A stretch of 64,000 nucleotides of DNA, taken from Candidatus Enterousia sp. (GTDB lineage Bacteria; Pseudomonadota; Alphaproteobacteria; Rs-D84). The notes below the pieces were generated by a model. The model made no database searches, was not told where the DNA came from, and worked only from the letters and a program-made list of their open reading frames with translations. Position 1 is the stretch's first letter, and each line of letters begins with the position of its first letter. The DNA lies in the NCBI GenBank assembly GCA_045629645.1, contig JAZQRR010000027.1, positions 25,968 to 89,967 of the forward strand, written 5' to 3'. Below, one piece after another: positions 27,481 through 36,254 of the stretch. The translations under genes were made by a program, and so were the position numbers.

Positions 27481-28356
27481 TTATATCTCCAATTTCTTTG
27501 CTGTTATTTTGTCGGTGATACGTGAACACAGTCCTGTTAAAACAGACCCTGGTCCAACTTCTATCATTTCTGTAATACCCATTTCTGCCATATTTAATAC
27601 ACTTTCGCGCCAGCGTACACCGTGTGTCATTTGATAAACCAGCGCATCTTTGATTTCGTTCACATCACTAAGTGGTGTACATGTTTTATTTGAAATCAAT
27701 GGAACCAAAGGAGTATTAATTTGTACGCTTTCCAGTGCATGTGCCATTGCTTCGGCCGCAGGCTGTTGGATTCTGCAATGTACAGGGACAGATAACGCCA
27801 AAGGCATTGCGCGTTTTGCACCTGCTTCTTTGGCCATTGTCATGGCTGTTTCAACTGCGTTTTTTTCACCAGAAATTACGACCTGACCTGTGCTGTTGTC
27901 ATTTGCGACATCGCAACCGGTTGTGTCGCATATTTTACGAACATCGTCAATATCCATCCCCAGAATAACGGCTGTCAAACCTTGTCCCACCGGTACGGCA
28001 TTTTGCATTGCATTACCGCGTACACGTAATAATTTTGCGGCATCGCCAACCGACAATGCGCCTGCGGCACATAATGCGGTGTATTCACCCAAACTGTGTC
28101 CTGCAACATATTCTGGTATTTTTGCGCCACTGGCGCGCAACATTGCAATAGATGTTGCCATGATTGCCGGCTGAACATTAGCAGTTAATGTTAAATTTTC
28201 CATTGGGCCATTAAAAATAACATCTGATAGTTTTTCACCCAGTGCGGCATCAACTTCGTCAAATACGGCACGTGCAGCCGCATTTGTTTCGTATAATTCT
28301 TTACCCATACCAACGACTTGGGCACCTTGACCAGGGAATACAAATATAGATGACAT
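27481..28356 (-). CDS. fabD: Malonyl CoA-ACP transacylase
   Basis: It starts MSSIFVFPGQGAQ and has the GHSLGEY active site. I trimmed the start to the ATG at 28356. Confidence 0.9.
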   Translation of the reverse strand: MSSIFVFPGQGAQVVGMGKELYETNAAARAVFDEVDAALGEKLSDVIFNGPMENLTLTANVQPAIMATSIAMLRASGAKIPEYVAGHSLGEYTALCAAGALSVGDAAKLLRVRGNAMQNAVPVGQGLTAVILGMDIDDVRKICDTTGCDVANDNSTGQVVISGEKNAVETAMTMAKEAGAKRAMPLALSVPVHCRIQQPAAEAMAHALESVQINTPLVPLISNKTCTPLSDVNEIKDALVYQMTHGVRWRESVLNMAEMGITEMIEVGPGSVLTGLCSRITDKITAKKLEI

Positions 28357-28385
28357 ATCATACCTTTTTATTAAATATATTGTGA

Positions 28386-28925
28386 TTATACTTTGCGTAC
28401 ACTGAATTCGCAACCACAATAATTTTGGCGATAAAAATCAGATTCGCGGTTTATTTGTACACGCAAATTTTCATCCCATTTGATGGGTATGTATTGAATA
28501 TTTTTACACACGTTTTCAGCAGCGGTATCTACCTGAGTTTGATTTTTATGTCGTGAAACCCCCAGAACACTGGCAATTGCGTTATATCCATTTTCGCGGG
28601 CAAATTGTACAGCACGACGAAATCTGTATTCAAAACATAAACTGCATCGTGCGCCACGTTCAGGTTCATTTTCAAATCCGCGGACAGCGTCACGCCATGC
28701 GTCATGGTCATATTCCAGTACTGCATATTTTGCGCCCAAACTTTCACAGTATTTTATCTGTTCATGCATACGTTTGGTGTATTCAGATTCTGGGAAAATA
28801 TTTGGGTTATAAAACAGCACAATAAAGTCATCGATATTATCGATTTGTTTTTCGGCCAATTGCCTGATTGCCCCGGCAGAACACGGCGCACAACAAGATA
28901 ACAAAACAACGCGCAATCCGGACAT
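28386..28925 (-). CDS. queH: Epoxyqueuosine reductase QueH (DUF208)
   Basis: 179 aa with an N-terminal LLSCCAPCS and a C-terminal YRQNYCGCEFS signature. Confidence 0.8.
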   Translation of the reverse strand: MSGLRVVLLSCCAPCSAGAIRQLAEKQIDNIDDFIVLFYNPNIFPESEYTKRMHEQIKYCESLGAKYAVLEYDHDAWRDAVRGFENEPERGARCSLCFEYRFRRAVQFARENGYNAIASVLGVSRHKNQTQVDTAAENVCKNIQYIPIKWDENLRVQINRESDFYRQNYCGCEFSVRKV

Positions 28926-28930
28926 TTTTA

Positions 28931-29218
28931 TTACATTTGATAAGATGCTTCACGTGCTTTTTGTATCAGGCGCAACGCGTCATTTATTTTTTTTGTTGTC
29001 AGTTCAATATTTAATACGGGTTTTTTGCATTTATAATGATATCTTGCATTTGAAAAGATATGCGTGATACCACGAACAACCGTGCATCGTTTTGCATTTC
29101 TGCAATTCTTTTTACAGTTTGCGCATGATATAACAGTACTTAGAACTGTTTCTGGATTTTTTTTGTTTATTTCATACGTTCCAACAACGCGAATTACCCG
29201 TATTGAATTATTTATCAT
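28931..29218 (-). CDS. Hypothetical small Cys-rich protein
   Basis: 95 aa. Its ATG overlaps the metG stop (ATGA). It contains CANCKKNCRNAKRC, and I recognise no family. Confidence 0.4.
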   Translation of the reverse strand: MINNSIRVIRVVGTYEINKKNPETVLSTVISCANCKKNCRNAKRCTVVRGITHIFSNARYHYKCKKPVLNIELTTKKINDALRLIQKAREASYQM

Positions 29219-31203
29219 TTGTATTCATCCCCGATATTATAAGATGCGTCTAATTCAATAATTTGTGTGTCATCGTCATTTACGCCGATTTCTGCGCCAC
29301 TGCACATCATGCCGAACGATTCTATACCTGCAACAGTGCGCTGGGCCAATGGTTTTTTTACACCTGGTAATTTTGCGCCAACCGGTGCCAAAACCCCACG
29401 TAAACCAACACGTACATTTGGTGCGCCACATACGATTTGAATATTTTCGTCGCTGCCCGTGTTCACAGACAGAATATGCAAATTATCGCGTTCTGGGTGA
29501 TTTTTTACATCAACAATTTCTGCAACGGTCAGTTTTGGTGAATTATCGACTTGTTTTGGTGTGTGCTTTTCGGTCAGTTCTGCAATCTTGGCATCATCGA
29601 TACGATTGAACAAGTTTTCCGGCACGATAAATTCATCACCATCGTTAATACGATGTTCGTATGATTTTGGCCAAGACAAATCATGTGCATTTACAAAAAC
29701 ATTTTGCATTTTTTCTGCGGCACTTGGGATTATTGGTGCAGACACGCGTGCAAACAAATCAATCATTTGCATACATTCATTTAATACAGCCCCTGCCCCC
29801 GCTATATCGCCATTTTTAATCATTGCCCATGGTTCCATTTTGGTCATATATTCATTTGCAATTGCGTATAAACCGCGCAGTGCCGCGATTGATTTACGGA
29901 ATTCACATGCTTCCAATGCAGATGTTAATTCAGATATTTTTTCATTGATTTGTGATTCCAGTTCTGGATTTTTTTCACCAGCGTTTGGAACGTTGTTACC
30001 AAAATTTTTCTGGGTTAATTTGCAAACGCGTGATACGAAATTTCCAAGCATTCCGTTCAGGTCTTTATTTACAATATCTGCGAAACGTGCAACTGTAAAA
30101 TCTGTATCATCTGTTTCTGGTGCGCTTGCCATCAGTGCATAACGCCAGCAATCCGCGGGTGCATCATTGATTGCCTCGTTCAAGAATATTCCGTTACCTG
30201 TTGATTTTGAAATCTTGGCACCATTAAAATTCAAGAAATTAAATCCCTTTAATATATCAACTGTTTTCCAGTTGTCGTTCATCGCCAATTCTTGGGCGGG
30301 GAAAAATATAGAATGGAACGATACATTATCTTTGGCCATAAATTGGGCATATTTTACATCGTCACCACCATGCCACCAATCGGCCCAGTTTTCATTTGCC
30401 GCCTGAGATATTGAAACATATCCCCATGGCGCATCGAACCAAACATAGAATACTTTGTTTTCATAACCTGGTTTATTAACAGGAATCCCCCATTTTAAAT
30501 CGCGTGTGATGGGGCTGTCGTGCAAACCTTCTTCCAGCCATTTATTTGCGATTGCCAATGCGGTTTTTGACCATCCGACGCGTGAATCAATCCATGCGCG
30601 TAATTTATCCTGCATGGCGCTGGTTTTGAAATACAAGTGTTTTGTTTCGCGCATTTCAACAGGAGATGTTGGATCGACTGCACTGTGTGGGTTTATTAAT
30701 TGTTCTGGTTCCAGTGTTGCGCCACATTTTCCGCATTCGTTACCATATGCTCCGTCAAAACCGCATTTTGGGCAAGTGCCGATAACATATCGGTCTGCCA
30801 GAAACATATTTTCGTTAATTGAATATGGTTGCATAGATGCTTTTTCAACAATCATATTTTCTTGTTCCAGACGCAAGAATAACGCTTGGATTAAATCCTG
30901 GTGTTTTTGTGTATGTGTACGGCCATATATATCAAATGACAAATTAAAGTCGCGAACAGATTGTTCGTGTGCCTGACGGTATTTATCAACATATTCTTCC
31001 ACGGGCATATTTTCTTTTCTGGCACCGACTTCGCTGGTTGTACCGTGTTCATCAGCCCCGCAAACATATAAAACATCACGCCCCATTGCGCGACAAAAGC
31101 GCGCATAAACATCCGATGGTAACCAGCATCCAACCAAATGTCCAATATGCAAATTGTTGTTAACATACGGTAATGCAGATGTAATTAAATATTTTTTTGC
31201 CAT
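29215..31203 (-). CDS. metG: Methionine--tRNA ligase with a C-terminal tRNA-binding (Trbp111/EMAP-like) domain
   Basis: 662 aa with PYVNNNLHIGHL (HIGH), KISKS, a CPKCG...CGKCG zinc knuckle, and a C-terminus similar to the PheT N-terminal tRNA-binding domain. Confidence 0.95.
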   Translation of the reverse strand: MAKKYLITSALPYVNNNLHIGHLVGCWLPSDVYARFCRAMGRDVLYVCGADEHGTTSEVGARKENMPVEEYVDKYRQAHEQSVRDFNLSFDIYGRTHTQKHQDLIQALFLRLEQENMIVEKASMQPYSINENMFLADRYVIGTCPKCGFDGAYGNECGKCGATLEPEQLINPHSAVDPTSPVEMRETKHLYFKTSAMQDKLRAWIDSRVGWSKTALAIANKWLEEGLHDSPITRDLKWGIPVNKPGYENKVFYVWFDAPWGYVSISQAANENWADWWHGGDDVKYAQFMAKDNVSFHSIFFPAQELAMNDNWKTVDILKGFNFLNFNGAKISKSTGNGIFLNEAINDAPADCWRYALMASAPETDDTDFTVARFADIVNKDLNGMLGNFVSRVCKLTQKNFGNNVPNAGEKNPELESQINEKISELTSALEACEFRKSIAALRGLYAIANEYMTKMEPWAMIKNGDIAGAGAVLNECMQMIDLFARVSAPIIPSAAEKMQNVFVNAHDLSWPKSYEHRINDGDEFIVPENLFNRIDDAKIAELTEKHTPKQVDNSPKLTVAEIVDVKNHPERDNLHILSVNTGSDENIQIVCGAPNVRVGLRGVLAPVGAKLPGVKKPLAQRTVAGIESFGMMCSGAEIGVNDDDTQIIELDASYNIGDEYK

Positions 31204-31228
31204 TTTTACTGTGTCCTTTGCCTGTGTT

Positions 31229-31257
31229 TAAAAAAAATAGACGCCAACGGGGGCGTC
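31229..31257 (-). terminator. Intrinsic terminator inside the metG leader (candidate attenuator)
   Basis: The minus strand reads GACGCC-CCCGTT-GGCGTC followed by TATTTTTTTT, ending about 25 nt upstream of the metG ATG. Confidence 0.6.
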
Positions 31258-31285
31258 CACCGATTCCCGTTGATTATTTCTATGA

Positions 31286-31309
31286 TTAAATTTGCATTCG
31301 TATCATCAT
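31286..31309 (-). CDS. Candidate metG leader peptide MMIRMQI
   Basis: A 7-codon mini-ORF, ATG ATG ATA CGA ATG CAA ATT TAA, with 3 Met in 7 codons. An AGGA lies 11 nt upstream. Confidence 0.45.
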   Translation of the reverse strand: MMIRMQI

Positions 31310-31335
31310 AATTAATTTTATCCTGTAATTAAAAG

Positions 31336-31455
31336 TGGTGGGTGGTATTGGACTGGTCTTGCGACCGCACAGGCGCAAATCGGCGGTGCCGACCGCGATA
31401 CCCCCGTATCGCTTTTGCTGGTTGTCGAACCAACACTGTTGGTTCTTCGTCCAAT
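31336..31455 (-). repeat. Split and inverted partial copies of the tRNA-Val T-arm and 3' end, enclosing a 70-nt GC-rich insert
   Basis: 31336-31354 is identical to 31482-31500 (19 nt: CCA, acceptor 3' strand and T-stem). 31425-31434 is identical to 31500-31509 (T-stem 5' strand plus T-loop). 31438-31455 is an inverted T-arm-like copy. 31355-31424 is conspicuously GC-rich and contains hairpins. Confidence 0.8.
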
Positions 31456-31481
31456 AAAAACGACATCCTGTGTTTTTATTA

Positions 31482-31558
31482 TGGTGGGTGGTATTGGACT
31501 CGAACCAACGACCTTTACGATGTCAACGTAACGCTCTAACCAACTGAGCTAACCACCC
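31482..31558 (-). tRNA. tRNA-Val (anticodon GAC)
   Basis: I folded the cloverleaf by hand. Acceptor GGGTGGT/ACCACCC, anticodon stem TTACG/CGTAA with loop TTGACAT, T arm GTTGG-TTCGAGT-CCAAT, and an encoded CCA. Confidence 0.9.
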
Positions 31559-31647
31559 ATAAAGCCAAGTGATTATAACAAAGAAAAATCTAAATGCAAA
31601 TAATAAATATGTGCGCGCGTTATTTAGATTTTTTTGGCTTATATTTG

Positions 31648-32079
31648 TTATTTTACCTTTATTATTTGTTCATATATGTTTGCATATTTATCAGGAAACA
31701 AAGTTTGCCCAAATGTCTCAGACATAAAACTGTTACAACATTTTCCATTTTGCATATTTCTTAAACACGTTTGAAAGCATTGGGCTGGGGTCATATTTGT
31801 TGTTTGTCTTTTTGTGTTATTACAGTGCATGCACTTTGGTTTATCGATATACACATCCATTATGCTTTGATATGTTTTGTCGTGTTTTGATACTTGATAT
31901 ACGGTATTGATTACAACATCGATTTTATCGCCATAGCATATATTGTTTGTTGGTGTGATTTGTCCGATTTTTTCTAATAATTCATGTGCTGCATCTGTTG
32001 ATATTTCTGGTCCAAACGGTGTTGTATCAGAATTATATTGGTTACGCAAAAAAAATATCTGTGACAGTTTTTCAATCAT
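31648..32079 (-). CDS. Hypothetical Cys-rich protein, tandem paralog A
   Basis: 143 aa. It shares with the adjacent 138-aa ORF the motifs IS..A.EL...G.Q, C(C)Y and QC...C......G.C........LFP..Y. Confidence 0.5.
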   Translation of the reverse strand: MIEKLSQIFFLRNQYNSDTTPFGPEISTDAAHELLEKIGQITPTNNICYGDKIDVVINTVYQVSKHDKTYQSIMDVYIDKPKCMHCNNTKRQTTNMTPAQCFQTCLRNMQNGKCCNSFMSETFGQTLFPDKYANIYEQIIKVK

Positions 32080-32086
32080 ATTATGA

Positions 32087-32503
32087 CTATTTTATTTTTA
32101 TATACATCTCAGGAAATAATTTTATTCCAATTGTATTTATTATTTGTGCATCAGTACATCTGCCGGCAGATATACAGTTACTGCACATTTTTGCGCATTG
32201 GTCTTGTGATATAATATCAATTGGTAAGTCGTTTGATATGCATGGCATTTTGACTGGTTTTTTTGTATCTATTATCAGTTGTTGTTCTGTTGCAGGACCA
32301 TATTCTGTTTCTATTGTATGTGTATCACGATATATATTTATGCCGTTCGTATAACAACAGGTTTTATCAAATTTATATTGTTTTCCTGCATCAATTAATT
32401 CTTGTGCCAGTGTTTCTGATATTCTTTTTTTCAGTTTGGCATGACCCAGAACATCGCCCAGATCAGATTTTATATATACATTAATATCTTTTTTTTCATG
32501 CAT
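32087..32503 (-). CDS. Hypothetical Cys-rich protein, tandem paralog B
   Basis: 138 aa, a paralog of 31648-32079 separated from it by 7 nt. Confidence 0.5.
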   Translation of the reverse strand: MHEKKDINVYIKSDLGDVLGHAKLKKRISETLAQELIDAGKQYKFDKTCCYTNGINIYRDTHTIETEYGPATEQQLIIDTKKPVKMPCISNDLPIDIISQDQCAKMCSNCISAGRCTDAQIINTIGIKLFPEMYIKIK

Positions 32504-32581
32504 TTTTTACGCTCTTATTTTTTATGTGCAAAGCGCATCTTAGCACGATTGTCTGTCTAGTCAAGTGTTGTATAAAAAAAT

Positions 32582-32606
32582 AAAAACCGGTAAATTACCG
32601 GTTTTT
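32582..32606. terminator. Rho-independent terminator after accC
   Basis: AAAAACCGGTA-AAT-TACCGGTTTTT, a perfect palindromic hairpin. Confidence 0.7.
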
Positions 32607-32609
32607 GTA

Positions 32610-33950
32610 TTACTTCAAGAATTTTTCCAACCATTTATTATCAAAGTTTAATTGTTTGACATCTTTGTTTGCCAACAGTTTTCGTTGCAAAGGTATTGTT
32701 GTTTTTACGCCTTCGATAACAAATTCGTCCAATGCGCGTGTTGCACGCATTATACATGCGGGTCTGTTTTGTGCATGTACAATTAATTTTGCAATCATTG
32801 AATCGTATGTTGGTGGGATTGTGTATCCTGTGTACACAGCACTATCAACGCGTACCCCCAGTCCACCCGATGGCGCATACAATGTAATTTTCCCAGGGTT
32901 TGGCATAAATGTTTCTGGGTCTTCTGCATTGATTCTAAATTCGATTGCGTGTCCGTTTGGTATAATATTTGATTGGGTGTATCCCAGTTTTTCACCCGCA
33001 GCAATTCTGATTTGTTCGCGAACCAAGTCGATTCCGTATACCATTTCTGTTACAGGATGTTCAACTTGTAATCTGGTGTTCATTTCCAAGAAATAAAATT
33101 CACCGTCTTCGAACATAAATTCAAATGTTCCTGCATTTGTATATCCCATTTTTTTTGCGGCGTTTTTACAGATTTCAATCATATCGTCGCGTTGTTTTTG
33201 GGATAATATTGCGGCGGGGCATTCTTCCATGACTTTTTGATTACGTCTTTGTAAAGAACAATCACGTTCGCCGAAAATAACAACGTTGCCATGTTTATCG
33301 CCCAGAACTTGGAATTCTATATGTCTGGGGTGTGTCAGCAGTTTTTCCATATACAGTGTTCCATCACCGAATGCAGATTGTGCTTCGTTTTTTGTTAACT
33401 GGAACGCTTCGGCCATATCGTTTTCTGTCATCACAGGACGCATACCACGTCCACCGCCACCGGCGGACGCTTTTAACATAACAGGATATCCGATTTGTTT
33501 TGCTGTTTCTAATGCCGCATCTAACGTTTCAACTGCGCCATCAGAACCAGGTACAACGGGCAAACCACATTCAATAGCAGTTTTTTTTGCATTAACCTTG
33601 TCGCCCATTTTTGTAATCATTTCTGGTGCAGGTCCAATCCATATCATACCGTGTTGTTCTACCTTGCTGGCAAAATCAGCACGTTCTGACAAAAAGCCAT
33701 ATCCTGGATGAATTGCGTCTGAATTTGTCAGTAACGCAGCCGTTAAGATTGCGGATTCGTTCAAATAAGAATCTTTGGCAGGTGCCGGTCCGATACAAAC
33801 AGATTCGTCAGCCAACTGTACATGCATTGCATCTTTGTCAGCGGTTGAATATATTGCAACGGTGCGAATACCCATATCGCGACACGCACGAATTATACGC
33901 AGTGCAATTTCACCACGATTTGCAATTAATACTTTTTTTATTTGTGACAT
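32610..33950 (-). CDS. accC: Acetyl-CoA carboxylase biotin carboxylase subunit
   Basis: 446 aa, beginning KVLIANRGEIALRIIRAC, with an ATP-grasp core. Confidence 0.95.
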   Translation of the reverse strand: MSQIKKVLIANRGEIALRIIRACRDMGIRTVAIYSTADKDAMHVQLADESVCIGPAPAKDSYLNESAILTAALLTNSDAIHPGYGFLSERADFASKVEQHGMIWIGPAPEMITKMGDKVNAKKTAIECGLPVVPGSDGAVETLDAALETAKQIGYPVMLKASAGGGGRGMRPVMTENDMAEAFQLTKNEAQSAFGDGTLYMEKLLTHPRHIEFQVLGDKHGNVVIFGERDCSLQRRNQKVMEECPAAILSQKQRDDMIEICKNAAKKMGYTNAGTFEFMFEDGEFYFLEMNTRLQVEHPVTEMVYGIDLVREQIRIAAGEKLGYTQSNIIPNGHAIEFRINAEDPETFMPNPGKITLYAPSGGLGVRVDSAVYTGYTIPPTYDSMIAKLIVHAQNRPACIMRATRALDEFVIEGVKTTIPLQRKLLANKDVKQLNFDNKWLEKFLK

Positions 33951-33955
33951 TTTAA

Positions 33956-34405
33956 TTATTCGATAATAACAAGAGGTTGATCAAACTCAACAGCGGCACC
34001 GTCAGACACCAATATTTCTTTGACGACACCATCTTTATCAGATTTGATAGGGTTGAATGTTTTCATTGCTTCGACCAACGCGACGGTATCTCCGGTCTTG
34101 ACAGATGAACCGACTGTAACAAATGAATTTGCACCTGGTTCTGGTGCCAAATAAACAACACCAACCATTGGTGATTTTAACAAGTGTCCACACAGTGGTT
34201 TTTCTGTGCTGGTTACGCATTCAATTTTTGATTCTGTATTACTTGCTGGTGTTGTGGCAGCGGTTGCTGCGACGACCTGTTGTTTTGATAAATGAATATG
34301 TTTACGATATACGCCGAACAAGAACTGACGTTCTAATTCCAACTCTGTAATACCCATATCATCCATGATTTTTGACATAGACTCAACGGTTGCACGAAAA
34401 GACAT
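33956..34405 (-). CDS. accB: Biotin carboxyl carrier protein
   Basis: 149 aa with the biotinylation motif VEAMKTFNPI. Confidence 0.9.
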   Translation of the reverse strand: MSFRATVESMSKIMDDMGITELELERQFLFGVYRKHIHLSKQQVVAATAATTPASNTESKIECVTSTEKPLCGHLLKSPMVGVVYLAPEPGANSFVTVGSSVKTGDTVALVEAMKTFNPIKSDKDGVVKEILVSDGAAVEFDQPLVIIE

Positions 34406-34472
34406 TTTTTATCCTTATTTTAATATTTTCATTTCGCATATAACACAAATTGTATCATATTCATGTGCTTTG

Positions 34473-34709
34473 TCAAGGCACAGGGTCATAACCGAAACCG
34501 CCGGCAGGTCTGCAACGGCATATTCTTTTTATTCCCAACCAAGTGCCACAGAACACACCATATTTCATAATTGCTTGTTTGGTATATTCGCTGCAAGTTG
34601 GTGTAAAACGGCATGCTGCCCTGCCCCCAATGACGGGTGATATTGCGCATTGGTAACAGTTCACCAACAACACTGCTATTTTTCTAAACAATGATTTTTT
34701 CTCAGGCAT
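34473..34709 (-). CDS. yidD: Membrane protein insertion efficiency factor YidD
   Basis: 78 aa with YQ.AISP......CRF.PTCSEY and GGFGYDPVP. Confidence 0.9.
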   Translation of the reverse strand: MPEKKSLFRKIAVLLVNCYQCAISPVIGGRAACRFTPTCSEYTKQAIMKYGVFCGTWLGIKRICRCRPAGGFGYDPVP

Positions 34710-35052
34710 TTATTTCCTGTTTACGTATGAATCCCAGTGCTTTTTTCATTGCGACGCGTCCGGATGTTCTGTCTGCGTCCAGTATTGTTCTGCGTGCGAT
34801 AAATATATAATCCCAATCAGGTCTCAGGAACTTGTCATTAAAAGCAATCCAATCGCGTAACAGTCTTTTTGCACGATTTCTGTCAACGGCGTGTTTAAAA
34901 GTCTTTTTTGTTACGACCAACCCATAACGTGGTTTTTCAATATCTTTTACCGGTTTTACGCGTATCAAGAAATAAGCGCATCTTGCGCTGGGGTCTGAAT
35001 CTTTTGTTTTAAAATCTAAATGTTTTTTTATTGTGTCTCGCATAATGGGCAT
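34702..35052 (-). CDS. rnpA: RNase P protein component
   Basis: It contains RYGLVVTKKTFKHAVDRNRAKRLLR (the RNR motif). The start is uncertain: I chose the first ATG, at 35052, while the track ORF starts at a TTG at 35079. No rpmH lies upstream. Confidence 0.8.
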   Translation of the reverse strand: MPIMRDTIKKHLDFKTKDSDPSARCAYFLIRVKPVKDIEKPRYGLVVTKKTFKHAVDRNRAKRLLRDWIAFNDKFLRPDWDYIFIARRTILDADRTSGRVAMKKALGFIRKQEINA

Positions 35053-35156
35053 ATAATACCATAATATCTGATAAATCAAATAAATTTGTTGGGTTTTCTT
35101 GATTTTTTAAATATCGTGATTTATAGTGCAAAAAAATGAAATTTTTATGGGGTTAA

Positions 35157-36209
<1,053 letters not shown>

Positions 36210-36211
36210 AC

Positions 36212-36241
36212 AAAATCCGCCAAAATGGCGGATTTTTTTTA
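36212..36241. terminator. Bidirectional rho-independent terminator
   Basis: ATCCGCC-AAAAT-GGCGGAT hairpin flanked by A and T runs, between the convergent mreB and infC genes. Confidence 0.75.
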
Positions 36242-36254
36242 TTAAAGTATTTTT

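Noticed and set aside
31355-31481. GC-rich structured segment ending in ...CCACCCACCA, considered as a two-piece (permuted) alphaproteobacterial tmRNA or as SRP/4.5S RNA.
   Set aside because: No complementary 5' acceptor strand (GGGTGGT) follows it. The acceptor would lack the G3:U70 alanine identity pair. No tag-peptide ORF is present, and neither the GGAA tetraloop nor the AGCAGC domain IV motif of SRP RNA occurs on either strand.
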